From NCBI GenBank assembly GCA_025449905.1, contig JANWIN010000011.1, positions 724 through 64,723 on the forward strand: a stretch of DNA of 64,000 nt, in the 5' to 3' direction. A model generated the notes under the pieces. The model was not told the DNA's origin. It was given only the letters and a program-made list of their open reading frames with translations, and ran no database searches. Each line of letters begins with the position of its first letter. Within the stretch, counting starts at the first letter, position 1. Of this stretch, positions 26,863 to 36,524 are shown one piece after another. Position numbers and translations under genes: made by a program. The stretch is from Candidatus Saccharimonadales bacterium (GTDB lineage: Bacteria; Patescibacteriota; Saccharimonadia; Saccharimonadales; JANWIN01).

Positions 26863-28080
26863 TTACCTAATGATGGACTTGCCGGCCAAGCCGTAAATTG
26901 GCAGCAGTACGGCCGCGACAATAATAAAGGCCATAATACCTAGTATTACCATTAGAACCGGCTCAATGATGGTTGAAATGGCCTTAATTTGGCCATCAAC
27001 CTCTCGCTCATAATAGCTGGCGGTTTTATCCATCATTTGCTCAATCGCACCAGATTGTTCGCCGATTTTAAGCATATTTGGGACTAGTTCCAAGAAGTTA
27101 GGATCGTTAGTCAGAGCTTCAGATAACGACTTACCGCCTCTTACCTTTTCGGTGGCTTTTTTTAGCGAGTCTTCAATGTGTACATTATTGACTGCGTCGC
27201 CGGTAATTTCTAGGGTTTGAATTAAGGGTACGCCGGTTGATATCAAAGTGGCGCCGGTTCGAGCAAAACGGGCCATATACATCTTCATAAACAGCTGGCC
27301 AATTGGCCACATGCGCATCTTGAGTTTGTCAATGAACCGCTTCCCGCCTAAAGTTCGCACCCAGCGGGATAAAAAGAAAACTCCGATAACAACAAGGGTT
27401 ATAAATAGCCACCAATAATTTCTTATAAAGTCTGAAATCGTTAATAAAATCCGCGTCAAAAAAGGTAGGTTGGCGCCCGGAATATCGCTGTACAGTCCCT
27501 TAACCTGTGGTAAAACCGAGACGACCATGAAACCGACCACCGCAAACATAACTGCTAAGACAATTATTGGATATATCATAGCGCCGCGGACTTTGCTTAA
27601 AATTTCGGCATCTTTTTCTTGTTGAACAGCTAAGCGCTCCAGGGCTTTATCAAGCGTTCCCGAGGCTTCACCAGCCGATATAAGGCTTATATAAACTCGA
27701 TTGAAGATTTTTGGATGCATCGATAAAGCCACCGACAGCGGTTTACCAGCTTCGACATCAGAAATAACTTTATTGATAATGGCTTTGAGGCTTTTTGAGG
27801 TCGTTTGATTAGCAACACTTCGAAGACTTTGAACCAGTGGCAGCCCGGCATTGATTAGGGTGGCAAGTTGCCGCGAAAATAAGATTTTGTCTTTGGCTCT
27901 AACTTTATTGAAAAATTTCTTAAAACCTTGAATATCTTCCTCGTCTAGTTTTATATCCAGCGGTGATAGTCCCTGCTTAATAAGTACTTTGGCAGCTGTT
28001 TGTTCGTTTTCTGCTTCAATTTCAGAGGATACCTTTTCGCCTGTAGTCGTGTTGCGGGCAGTATATTTATAGGTCAGCAT
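26863..28080 (-). CDS. pilC: Type IV pilus platform protein (GspF/PilC family)
   Basis: 405 aa with two T2SF repeats and 3 TM helices. Confidence 0.88.
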   Translation of the reverse strand: MLTYKYTARNTTTGEKVSSEIEAENEQTAAKVLIKQGLSPLDIKLDEEDIQGFKKFFNKVRAKDKILFSRQLATLINAGLPLVQSLRSVANQTTSKSLKAIINKVISDVEAGKPLSVALSMHPKIFNRVYISLISAGEASGTLDKALERLAVQQEKDAEILSKVRGAMIYPIIVLAVMFAVVGFMVVSVLPQVKGLYSDIPGANLPFLTRILLTISDFIRNYWWLFITLVVIGVFFLSRWVRTLGGKRFIDKLKMRMWPIGQLFMKMYMARFARTGATLISTGVPLIQTLEITGDAVNNVHIEDSLKKATEKVRGGKSLSEALTNDPNFLELVPNMLKIGEQSGAIEQMMDKTASYYEREVDGQIKAISTIIEPVLMVILGIMAFIIVAAVLLPIYGLAGKSIIR

Positions 28081-28086
28081 GAAGTT

Positions 28087-29154
28087 TTAACCCCTCATCA
28101 GCCTATCAAGTTCTTCAATATCAACGGCAACATTGCGAGCTTCATCATAGCTGATAGTGCCTTGGTGGATTAATGAAACCAGAGTCTTGTCCATTGACTG
28201 CATGCCGTATTCGGCACCGGTTTGAATAACGGCTTCCAGTTGATGGCTTTTGCCTTCGCGGATTATGTTTCGGACGGCCGAAGTAGCAATTAGAATTTCA
28301 GCCGCTGCCATACGCCCGCCGCCAATAGCTGGAATTAAGCGCTGAGAGCAAATAGCCATTAGCATATTAGACAATTGAGTACGAATTTGCGGCTGCTGGT
28401 GCGGGGGGAAAACATCAATCATACGGTCAATACTTTGCGAAGCCGAGTTGGTGTGAAGCGTAGCCAGCACCAAATGGCCGGTTTCGGCAATGGTAATAGC
28501 CGCTGCAATAGTCTCTAGATCGCGCATTTCGCCGATCAAAACTACATCCGGGTCTTGCCGCAAACTCGAGCGCAAGGCGGCTGAAAATGAGTAGGTGTCA
28601 TAGTGCACTTCCCGCTGCACTACCACTGATTTTTTTGATTTATGGGTAAACTCGATGGGGTCTTCGATGGTCACAATATGAGCAGCGCGTTCATTGTTTA
28701 TTTTGTCAATAATCGCCGCTAGGCTGGTTGATTTACCTGAACCGGTTGGCCCGGTAATAAGTACTAGCCCCCGCGGATAGTCAGCAAATTTACTTACAAT
28801 TGCCGGCAGACCAAGTTGCTCAATAGACAATATTTCGGTTGGGATAAGCCTAAGCGCTGCAGCTAGGTTACCGCGTTCATGAAAAGCGTTAACTCGAAAA
28901 CGGCCAATATCTCCGAAGGCAAAGCTAAAATCAAATTCCTTGTCTTTTAGTAAAATCTGTTTTTGGTCTTCATCTAAAATGGCAAATAATAGCAGCTCAA
29001 TAGATTCCTCATTTAAGATATCGGTACCATTAATTGGCGCCAGGCTGCCATCTATTCGGAGTATTGGCGGTAGGCCTACTTGCAAGTGCAGGTCTGAAGC
29101 TTTCTTTTTGATGACTTCTTCGAGTAAGACTTCTATTCGTGGTTGACCTTGCAT
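28087..29154 (-). CDS. pilT: Twitching-motility retraction ATPase
   Basis: 355 aa with GPTGSGKSTS, TIEDPIEF and LVLATLHTNSA motifs. Confidence 0.88.
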   Translation of the reverse strand: MQGQPRIEVLLEEVIKKKASDLHLQVGLPPILRIDGSLAPINGTDILNEESIELLLFAILDEDQKQILLKDKEFDFSFAFGDIGRFRVNAFHERGNLAAALRLIPTEILSIEQLGLPAIVSKFADYPRGLVLITGPTGSGKSTSLAAIIDKINNERAAHIVTIEDPIEFTHKSKKSVVVQREVHYDTYSFSAALRSSLRQDPDVVLIGEMRDLETIAAAITIAETGHLVLATLHTNSASQSIDRMIDVFPPHQQPQIRTQLSNMLMAICSQRLIPAIGGGRMAAAEILIATSAVRNIIREGKSHQLEAVIQTGAEYGMQSMDKTLVSLIHQGTISYDEARNVAVDIEELDRLMRG

Positions 29155-29170
29155 ATTTTTCCCTTAACCT

Positions 29171-30964
29171 TTAAACGGCATCGGCGGCCGCTACTCGATT
29201 AATTTCATTTAATGTTGTGTGGCCAGCCAGCGCTTTTAAGTAGCCGTCTTGGCGCATGGTAACCATACCTTGTTCTACCTGAGCAGCTTTTTGAATTTGG
29301 CTGCTGGTAGCACGTTTGAGAATTAGTGACTGTATGGCGTCAGTAATCTCAAAAACCTCATATAATCCCACTCGGCCCTGAAAGCCGCTTGGCGAATCAG
29401 GACCCTCACGGCCCTTGTACAAAGTATAAGCATTTTGGCCTTTAACTGGCAAGTTGGCATAACCTAAGTCCTCGGACTTGGCTTTGCGCTCGGCTTCACT
29501 AGCCGGCAGTAAGTTATTTAAAACTTCGTTTATGGCCTGAGTTTCGGCTTTATCCGATTTATAAGTTTCTTTTTGCTCTGTCAGGCTCCTTACTAAACGC
29601 TGGCCAATGACTGTATGGACGGTTGAGGCAATCAAAAATGGTTCAATACCCATATCCAAAAGTCTGGGTAAAATGCCAGCCGCTGAATTGGTGTGTAGCG
29701 TTGAGAATACTAAATGCCCTGTTAAAGCCGCTTGCACAGCTAAAGTAGCTGTTTCTTTGTCGCGAATTTCCCCGACCATAACGACATTGGGGTCTTGACG
29801 CAAAATTGAACGCAGACCAATCGGAAAAGTCAGGCCAACTTCTGGATTTACCTGAATTTGATTGATGTTTTCAATCTTGTATTCAACTGGGTCCTCTAAG
29901 GTTACGATGTTGATGCCCTCGTTTTTAACTTCTTGAATTAGGGCATAAAGTGAAGTGGTTTTACCCGACCCGGTTGGCCCGCTGGTTAAAATCATGCCAT
30001 TGGTTTTAGTCAAACCCTTGCGAATGGTTCTAAGCGCCCGGCCATGAAAGCCTAGATCTTCTAATTTAAAGCTGGTACTGGTTTTGTCCAGCAACCGTAT
30101 TACCACCTGCTCACCCCAAACTACCGGTGAAATGGCTATTCTAAGGTCGATATCGTGCCCGGCGACTTTAATCGTAAATTGGCCGTCTTGCGGTATTCGA
30201 TGTTCGTCAATTTTCAAATTGGATAAAATTTTTATGCGCGAGACTAGTGGTGGTTCGGTGGCTTTTGGCAGACGCATAATTTCTCGAAGTACGCCGTCAA
30301 CCCGACAGCGAATTTTTAATTCGTTTTCCAAAGGTTCCAAATGAATATCGCTGGCGCGATTTTTAGCTGCATACTCCAATATAGCTGATAAAGCTTTCGA
30401 TACCGGTGAATCCTGTACAATCGTTTTGATAGCTTGGCTTTGTGGCACAATTTCAGGGTTCTGGGACTCTTCAACCAATGAATCAAGTGTCGAGAAGGCT
30501 CCCGCCACATCTTTTTGGATATCGGCTTGATATTGTTTTAGTACATTATGAATGCCTTCTTCACTAGCGGCATAGACCTTGATTGGTCGGCCGATTTTAT
30601 TCGACAAAAAGTCAACCGCTTGCACATTATCAGAGTCCAGCATGGCTACCACCAGTCGGTTTTGCATTTCACCAAGCGGTACGGCCATATAGCGCTCAGC
30701 TGTCTCTTGAGATAAGAGGTTGAGGGTTTTGGGGCTAATTCTGGCTTTGCTTAAATTTACATATGGAATCCTGTTAGCTTCGGCTAGAATTTTAGTTAGT
30801 ATTTCATTGGTAACCAAGCCTTCACTTTCCAATAAGCTAAACAAGGGTATATTTTGTTGTGAGGCTTTTAGCTTTACTTGAGCAAGTTTCTCGTTGGCAA
30901 TAATGCCATCTTTTATTAGCCTTGCTTCAACTTGTTGCTGTGCGGCTACCGATAAAACGCTCAT
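29171..30964 (-). CDS. pilB: Type IV pilus assembly ATPase (GspE/PilB family)
   Basis: 597 aa with a GSPII_E N domain, GPTGSGKTTSLYA, and the His-box TGHLVFSTLHTN. Confidence 0.9.
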   Translation of the reverse strand: MSVLSVAAQQQVEARLIKDGIIANEKLAQVKLKASQQNIPLFSLLESEGLVTNEILTKILAEANRIPYVNLSKARISPKTLNLLSQETAERYMAVPLGEMQNRLVVAMLDSDNVQAVDFLSNKIGRPIKVYAASEEGIHNVLKQYQADIQKDVAGAFSTLDSLVEESQNPEIVPQSQAIKTIVQDSPVSKALSAILEYAAKNRASDIHLEPLENELKIRCRVDGVLREIMRLPKATEPPLVSRIKILSNLKIDEHRIPQDGQFTIKVAGHDIDLRIAISPVVWGEQVVIRLLDKTSTSFKLEDLGFHGRALRTIRKGLTKTNGMILTSGPTGSGKTTSLYALIQEVKNEGINIVTLEDPVEYKIENINQIQVNPEVGLTFPIGLRSILRQDPNVVMVGEIRDKETATLAVQAALTGHLVFSTLHTNSAAGILPRLLDMGIEPFLIASTVHTVIGQRLVRSLTEQKETYKSDKAETQAINEVLNNLLPASEAERKAKSEDLGYANLPVKGQNAYTLYKGREGPDSPSGFQGRVGLYEVFEITDAIQSLILKRATSSQIQKAAQVEQGMVTMRQDGYLKALAGHTTLNEINRVAAADAV

Positions 30965-30984
30965 GACTGTTTGTTGATTTTCCT

Positions 30985-31230
30985 TTAATGGCCGTTAAAT
31001 GGATCCGGGTTCTCGCCTTCACCTATTCGAATATTCTTGGTTGGATCAATTGAGTTTTTGTTAAAGTATTTTGTATCAGGCGGCTTAAATTCAGCATTAA
31101 TTTTTTCAACTACTTCTACTTTGGTTAAACGATTTTTAGGCGAATTTATAAATACGCTGGAAATAATCAGCGAAAAGATGCCGCTAACAAACACAATAAC
31201 CAGCAGTAGTTTTATATCCTTGTCTTTCAT
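30985..31230 (-). CDS. Small single-TM protein in the pilMNO operon (PilP-position)
   Basis: 81 aa. Its start overlaps the upstream gene's stop. No sequence-level assignment. Confidence 0.45.
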   Translation of the reverse strand: MKDKDIKLLLVIVFVSGIFSLIISSVFINSPKNRLTKVEVVEKINAEFKPPDTKYFNKNSIDPTKNIRIGEGENPDPFNGH

Positions 31231-31901
31231 TTGATATCCTTACTGGTAATATTTAGGTCTTTGGTCGGCTGATAATAAGTTATGGCGTTAATAGTCGTAT
31301 TTATATTATTACCTTGAGCCACCAAACTTACAGATTGGATTTTAATCGGCCTGATCGAGGCTTGGAGAGTCTGAATCAGCTGTTTGGTTGAACTATAGGT
31401 GCCGCTGACAGAAATCTCAAAAGGAATTTCTATTGGGGTTGGCGTGGCACTGGTGGGGGTTTTTTGTTGATTTATTTCATCATCGGTACCAGTTATAGAG
31501 TTAATATTAAAATTCTTTTCACTCAAAATCTTTTCCAAGCTAGTAGCTAGAGCCGGAAAATCGTATTTGCTAGGCAAAGCATCCAGAATTATTTTGGCGT
31601 TGTCGCCATCTTTATCACCGTTACCCGAGGGATCCCCTTCCAAAACATTTTGCGGGGTGCTAACAAAGTCTTTATAAGAATTTACCAAGCTATTAACCGC
31701 ACCAATATTTTCCTTAAGTTGGTCAACAGCTTTGCTTTTTTCACTAATTACTCGCTTTTGGTAGTGGCTTTGGCTAAGCAGAGCCTTGGAAGCCACCAAT
31801 GAAAATATAATCACAAAGGCTGCAATCCCGACAATTAGAACCATCTGTGAGTTTGCCTTGTTTATCTGCAGTTGTTTGACTGAAAGTTTGATGTCTGCCA
31901 T
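31227..31901 (-). CDS. PilO-like pilus alignment protein
   Basis: 224 aa with one TM, a coiled-coil region and a ferredoxin-like C-terminus. It sits after pilN. Confidence 0.55.
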   Translation of the reverse strand: MADIKLSVKQLQINKANSQMVLIVGIAAFVIIFSLVASKALLSQSHYQKRVISEKSKAVDQLKENIGAVNSLVNSYKDFVSTPQNVLEGDPSGNGDKDGDNAKIILDALPSKYDFPALATSLEKILSEKNFNINSITGTDDEINQQKTPTSATPTPIEIPFEISVSGTYSSTKQLIQTLQASIRPIKIQSVSLVAQGNNINTTINAITYYQPTKDLNITSKDIK

Positions 31902-31902
31902 G

Positions 31903-32583
31903 TTATTGAGCCTGATTATTGTTAAATTCTTGGAACAAGTCTTTAGGTTTTTCGGTTTCTGAGCGAGTGCTGATGATGCTAGGTACTGTTAACTTTATCT
32001 CGTGGGTGCTGTCAAAAATTATCGGATCAAATTTAATATCAATTTGATATTCAGTACCTGTGGGGGCGCGATTAAAATTAGCCAGTACAACTTCCGGAAA
32101 AGCCGGCAGACTTTGGCTGCCCTGTTGGTCGCTATATTTAGTGAATTTTAGGCTGTCTGTGAATTTATTTATGACATTTAAGCTACTTGCCACGCCTTTT
32201 ATAGCCAGTTTATTTTGGGCAAAATCAATATTAAGGTCAGAAATGCTAGCTTGGGTCGGAGTTAATTGAGTTATGTAGCCAAATAACCTCGAAGATACTG
32301 CTTTTTTGTCATGCAAGCCCGGTAAGCTATTAAGCTGGTTTTGTATAGTTAAAATTTTACCGAGATCCGGCACATTCTTTAGCTCACCGCTGTACTTATT
32401 AATGTCATTATTCAAATTATGAATGTGGTGTTTTTGCAGGCCGAAAACACTAATCAATAAAAGAATAGTTAAAAGCAGCATAAAACCGCCGACGCCGACA
32501 GATATAAGTGTAACTAAGCGTCTGGTTCGACTGGCTTTTATGTACTCTAACTTTACGGCTGGTAATAAATTAAACTGTATCAT
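31903..32583 (-). CDS. pilN: PilN-like pilus alignment protein
   Basis: MIQFNLLP... N-terminal motif followed by a single TM helix. Confidence 0.7.
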   Translation of the reverse strand: MIQFNLLPAVKLEYIKASRTRRLVTLISVGVGGFMLLLTILLLISVFGLQKHHIHNLNNDINKYSGELKNVPDLGKILTIQNQLNSLPGLHDKKAVSSRLFGYITQLTPTQASISDLNIDFAQNKLAIKGVASSLNVINKFTDSLKFTKYSDQQGSQSLPAFPEVVLANFNRAPTGTEYQIDIKFDPIIFDSTHEIKLTVPSIISTRSETEKPKDLFQEFNNNQAQ

Positions 32584-33620
32584 TCGCTGCGCTCCGCTAA
32601 GCCTACTGCTACTCCAAACGAGCTGGCAACAGCCAATAACTCATTTTGCTGAGTTTGAGGGAAAGAAACATTCCGCCAAGCATTACCGATTTCTACATTT
32701 AGGTTAAACTTATTTGCTAGATAAAGTGGAAATTCCGGCAGGGTTGAAGCCGCTCCAGTAACTATGATGCGGTCAAGCTTAACGCCGTTGTAGCGAGCTT
32801 GAAAAAATTTAATTGACTTGTCGATTTCGCTGACTAAAGTGTCGACAGTATTTAATATAGCTTGGTAAATTTGCCCTTCGAGCTTATCTTTATTAAGACC
32901 AAATTTAAAGATGAATTGCTGCGCCTGATGCTCATCAATATTGAGATTCTGCGAGCCGGCCCGCACTAAAGCGCTGGAACCAGTTGGTATTGAACGCGTT
33001 AGGCGCGGTCCGTCGTTCATTGACACTACAATATCGGTACTTCTGGTGCCGATATCCAAGACCATCACCGCTGAGGTTGTGCCGCTGGGAATAATCGCTC
33101 GGGCCAGAGCTAAGTTATCCGGTTCAAAAGCTATGACGTTTAAGCCGATTGACTCAAGCATATCCAGTCGGCCTTCAATAAATTCATTGGAAACACTGGA
33201 AAGCAGTATTTCCAACTTAGATCTGTCTTTGGGTGAATCACCCAGCACCGCCCAATCTAACTTTGACTCGTTTAACGGCGTTGGAATTAGTGAATCAGCT
33301 TGATATTGAATGGTTTTAGCCAGTTCGTTAAGCGGCAGGCGCTCAATATCAATAACCGTAGTAAATACTCTGCCGGAAGGTATACCCACAGCAACATTCT
33401 TAGTCGTAATACCAGCTTGCTCAATTAAGCTTTTTAAGCTTTGAAGTATCTTTTGCTGGTCGACTTTAGCGTCACTAGAAGCAGTCTTAGCTTCTATTGG
33501 TACATAAGCATACTTTACTAGGGCTTTGGTTGGCCCACTGCCCTGGAGTTGAGCGATTCTTATAGCACTTGTGCCGATGTCCAGTCCAAAAAATTCAGAT
33601 ATCCCACTCAGTAGACTCAT
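32580..33620 (-). CDS. pilM: PilM, actin-like ATPase of the pilus alignment complex
   Basis: 346 aa with GLDIGTSAIRIAQL and LDIGTRSTDIVV phosphate-binding motifs. Confidence 0.85.
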   Translation of the reverse strand: MSLLSGISEFFGLDIGTSAIRIAQLQGSGPTKALVKYAYVPIEAKTASSDAKVDQQKILQSLKSLIEQAGITTKNVAVGIPSGRVFTTVIDIERLPLNELAKTIQYQADSLIPTPLNESKLDWAVLGDSPKDRSKLEILLSSVSNEFIEGRLDMLESIGLNVIAFEPDNLALARAIIPSGTTSAVMVLDIGTRSTDIVVSMNDGPRLTRSIPTGSSALVRAGSQNLNIDEHQAQQFIFKFGLNKDKLEGQIYQAILNTVDTLVSEIDKSIKFFQARYNGVKLDRIIVTGAASTLPEFPLYLANKFNLNVEIGNAWRNVSFPQTQQNELLAVASSFGVAVGLAERSE

Positions 33621-33694
33621 TTGTTGGTAATTATACTAATGCTTAGGTATAAACTCAATGTTCTTTTACCTCATTTATTAATCTGGAAGTTCCA

Positions 33695-35683
33695 CTAAAA
33701 CGCTGGTGGTAAGCTAGTCAGTGAATCGTAGCTATTGGCCGGTGCGTCAGTCAGATTGGGATTAACCAGCCATAGTTCGGGGAGATAATTTATGACTTCA
33801 GCGATGTTGCCCGAGGTGCTTTGCTCGTTAGCGACGGCGTCTTTAACGTTGCCATTGACGCGCAAAAAGCGTATTTGGTCAGCCAGTAAGGCACCGTTTA
33901 CGGTTAATTTGTTTCTACATTTGTCACTATCGTATAACTGAGCTCCTGAGTACAGACTGCCGCCATTGGTACAAGTATATATATTACCGCCTTGAGCAAT
34001 GTAAACGCCGTCCAGATTAGTTACATCATTGTCTATATATATGTCGCCTTTCACTATTAGGTAAAAGGATGGTATCTGTTCCAAACTTGCCCAACTAGCA
34101 CTGCCTGAATAAGTAACATTGCCAGTAATTACCACTTTGCCGGTGTGTTTTATGACTTTATGCTGGCTGTCGCTAATTGAATCACCGTTATAGTTTCCAC
34201 CAACAATTGGGTCTGTGGAATTAGTAGTAATGTCAAAGTAATTGGGGGCACAAAGTTGGGCGGGCTGGAAATTCCCTCCCCACGTGCCGCTGGTGTTGGC
34301 AAAGGTTAAACCTGTCGGCGGTTGAGGATCCGTAGTACGCAAGTTGGCACTAGCAAATTCATTAATGGCACTGGGAGCTTGAGCCGCAAACTGCGTACCG
34401 GCACCGATGCCGTTACCGTCGTTGTAAGTTAATATGCCAGCGCTACCATTAGCGCTACAGCTGCTGCTACTGTCTAGAAAACCGTTGCCGGCTAGCACGT
34501 CGCCGCCATAGACTCTGACGTATGGTTTGTTGGCAATTGTTATATCTGCGTCACAGCCGCTAACGCTTCCAACTCCGCTTACATTAACACTGTAGCTGCC
34601 GTTATAAGTTCCCGCTGGAAAACCAGGAATATTTATATTGGGCGTTGTGGTTGCGCCGCCGCCCGCTGCCAGTGGAGGATTAGTTGCTGTGAAAGGCGGC
34701 GCGCCGGTAATTGTTAGCGTCAAGTTGTAACTATATGACGGACTTGAATTGCCGTTCTTAATTACAAAACCTGGCTTAGCAGTAAAGCCGGCCTCGTCAT
34801 TGGGTGGAGATGGGCTGGTTGAAAAAGTACCACACTCTATAGTTGGTGACGGTGTTGGAGGAGGTAGTGGTACACAATTACCTGAAGAGTCTAAATAGTA
34901 GCCAGTCGGCACACTTGATTGGTTACCGGGCAGATTAGGACATACATCAATCGGCTGATTTGGATAACAATTGCCTGACGAGTCTCTATAGTAGCCTGCC
35001 GGCACGGATGATTGATTGCCGGCAATGTTAAGACAAAGATCGGTTGGATTTGGATAACAATTGCCTGACGAGTCTCTATAGTAGCCTGCCGGCACGGATG
35101 ATTGATTCCCGGCAATATTCTTGCAAAGGTCGGTTGGCGGCGGTGGAGGAGGTGGAGGACTGGTAAGTTTTACCTTAAAACATGTTTTGACTCCATCAGT
35201 TTCGTGAGCACTACCATTAATTACAGCCTTGCCTGCCCACGCGTAACAAAGATCGTGTGTACCGGCACTTAGGCTGGAAACATCTAGTTTTATGCCAAAG
35301 TGCTGGTGATAAACTTGGCCTTTTCCAGATTGATAGGCAAAAAGGACTTGGCTTGGCATATTATTAATCTTAGAGTCTACAAAACCGGTATTAACTTGCG
35401 GAAATCCCGTAGCATTGTATGAAGCTCCATTACAAATATAATGTTCAGCAACCATGGTAGCGTTGAGGGTATTAGTGCTAGTGGTACCTGTATAAAGACC
35501 TTTGTCCGGCATTGTTAGAAAGCCAGTATATTTGAAGCCTGATCCGCTCCCACTTGGGCACCTAGAATTCCACCAGCTAACGCTGTTGTGAGCAGAAATT
35601 TTATTACTAATTAACAAAATAATTAACAAGCCTACGGCGGTAGTTATTAATAAAAGTTTTGATTTATTAGTTCGTTGTTTCAT
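33695..35683 (-). CDS. Large secreted/anchored repeat protein directly upstream of pilM
   Basis: 662 aa. Features in order: N-terminal TM or signal, a poly-Pro run, three 30-aa Cys-bracketed repeats (C.N..GNQSSVP.GYY.DSSGNC.P), and a C-terminal region with beta-helix-like VITGNVTY...IYIDNDVTNLDGVYIA. Confidence 0.7.
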   Translation of the reverse strand: MKQRTNKSKLLLITTAVGLLIILLISNKISAHNSVSWWNSRCPSGSGSGFKYTGFLTMPDKGLYTGTTSTNTLNATMVAEHYICNGASYNATGFPQVNTGFVDSKINNMPSQVLFAYQSGKGQVYHQHFGIKLDVSSLSAGTHDLCYAWAGKAVINGSAHETDGVKTCFKVKLTSPPPPPPPPTDLCKNIAGNQSSVPAGYYRDSSGNCYPNPTDLCLNIAGNQSSVPAGYYRDSSGNCYPNQPIDVCPNLPGNQSSVPTGYYLDSSGNCVPLPPPTPSPTIECGTFSTSPSPPNDEAGFTAKPGFVIKNGNSSPSYSYNLTLTITGAPPFTATNPPLAAGGGATTTPNINIPGFPAGTYNGSYSVNVSGVGSVSGCDADITIANKPYVRVYGGDVLAGNGFLDSSSSCSANGSAGILTYNDGNGIGAGTQFAAQAPSAINEFASANLRTTDPQPPTGLTFANTSGTWGGNFQPAQLCAPNYFDITTNSTDPIVGGNYNGDSISDSQHKVIKHTGKVVITGNVTYSGSASWASLEQIPSFYLIVKGDIYIDNDVTNLDGVYIAQGGNIYTCTNGGSLYSGAQLYDSDKCRNKLTVNGALLADQIRFLRVNGNVKDAVANEQSTSGNIAEVINYLPELWLVNPNLTDAPANSYDSLTSLPPAF
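34868..35137 (-). repeat. Three tandem 90-nt coding repeats
   Basis: Positions 34958-35017 and 35048-35107 are identical over 60 nt. A third unit (34868-34957) is diverged. The period is 90 nt, or 30 codons. Confidence 0.85.
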
Positions 35684-35684
35684 A

Positions 35685-35915
35685 TTAATCCAAAAAGGCC
35701 GGCCTAGCGTTTTCCGGTCCGGTTATGGGTTCAGTTGAGTTTTGTTGATGATTGAATTTAGCCTGCTGGATCGCGCGATATATGTAAACCGTGCTGATGG
35801 TTATAGTAGCGGCGACCAAACTAGATATTATAAACAACTTCAACATACTTTGACGCGTGGTTAAGTTTTTAACGGTGTCAATCATAATGAATCGCCCTCT
35901 CGATTTTTTTGCCAA
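35685..35915 (-). CDS. Small single-TM protein
   Basis: 76-aa ORF whose stop lies 2 nt from the start of the 662-aa gene. Confidence 0.4.
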   Translation of the reverse strand: MAKKSRGRFIMIDTVKNLTTRQSMLKLFIISSLVAATITISTVYIYRAIQQAKFNHQQNSTEPITGPENARPAFLD

Positions 35916-36478
35916 TTAATTGTGACTGCACTTCGGACTCCATCTTTTTTGATGATAAAGCTGTACTTCTCATTTTTACGTTCAAACACATAATATGTTT
36001 GTTTTGAATCCTCAGTTTGTATAGGCGCTAGTCTGCTCCAGCCAGTTTTTACAAGCATTTTATCCAAATTATATAAGATAGTTGTTGGTGCATCATTGGT
36101 GGTTAAAATAATTTGAGCGCTGTCTTCATAAAGTGTGCTCTTTAAATCGTTCTTGCTGTTTAAATCATAAACATCGGCTTTTGGATATTTTGGTAAATTT
36201 GCCTCGAGATAATTGCCCGGGTACTTTTTTGCCGGTGGGTTAGCAGCCAAAATATTAGCTAAATTTTCCTTGGGACTATCTTCAATCCCTTTGTTAGCTG
36301 ATGATTTATCGATTATATAAACCAAACTAAAAGCTAGAACTATACCGCTAGTAATGCCTAAAACAATGGCCAGAATAGGTTTTTTGGTCTTTTTAATAAC
36401 CCCCGTCTGCGGGCCCGAGCCTGTGTTAGTCACCTTAGCATTTTTTGATTGAGCCATTTCTGGTTTAACCTTTACCAT
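35882..36478 (-). CDS. Membrane-anchored hypothetical protein
   Basis: 198 aa with one TM helix and an extracytoplasmic domain. Confidence 0.45.
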   Translation of the reverse strand: MVKVKPEMAQSKNAKVTNTGSGPQTGVIKKTKKPILAIVLGITSGIVLAFSLVYIIDKSSANKGIEDSPKENLANILAANPPAKKYPGNYLEANLPKYPKADVYDLNSKNDLKSTLYEDSAQIILTTNDAPTTILYNLDKMLVKTGWSRLAPIQTEDSKQTYYVFERKNEKYSFIIKKDGVRSAVTINWQKNREGDSL

Positions 36479-36524
36479 TATTATATTAGCAGACCCATAC
36501 TAAAGTTAAGCTACAATACAGTAT

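Noticed and set aside
34868-35137. Tandem repeats considered as a CRISPR-like or other non-coding array.
   Set aside because: The period is 90 nt with no spacers. The repeats lie in-frame inside a long ORF and encode a Cys-bracketed protein module.
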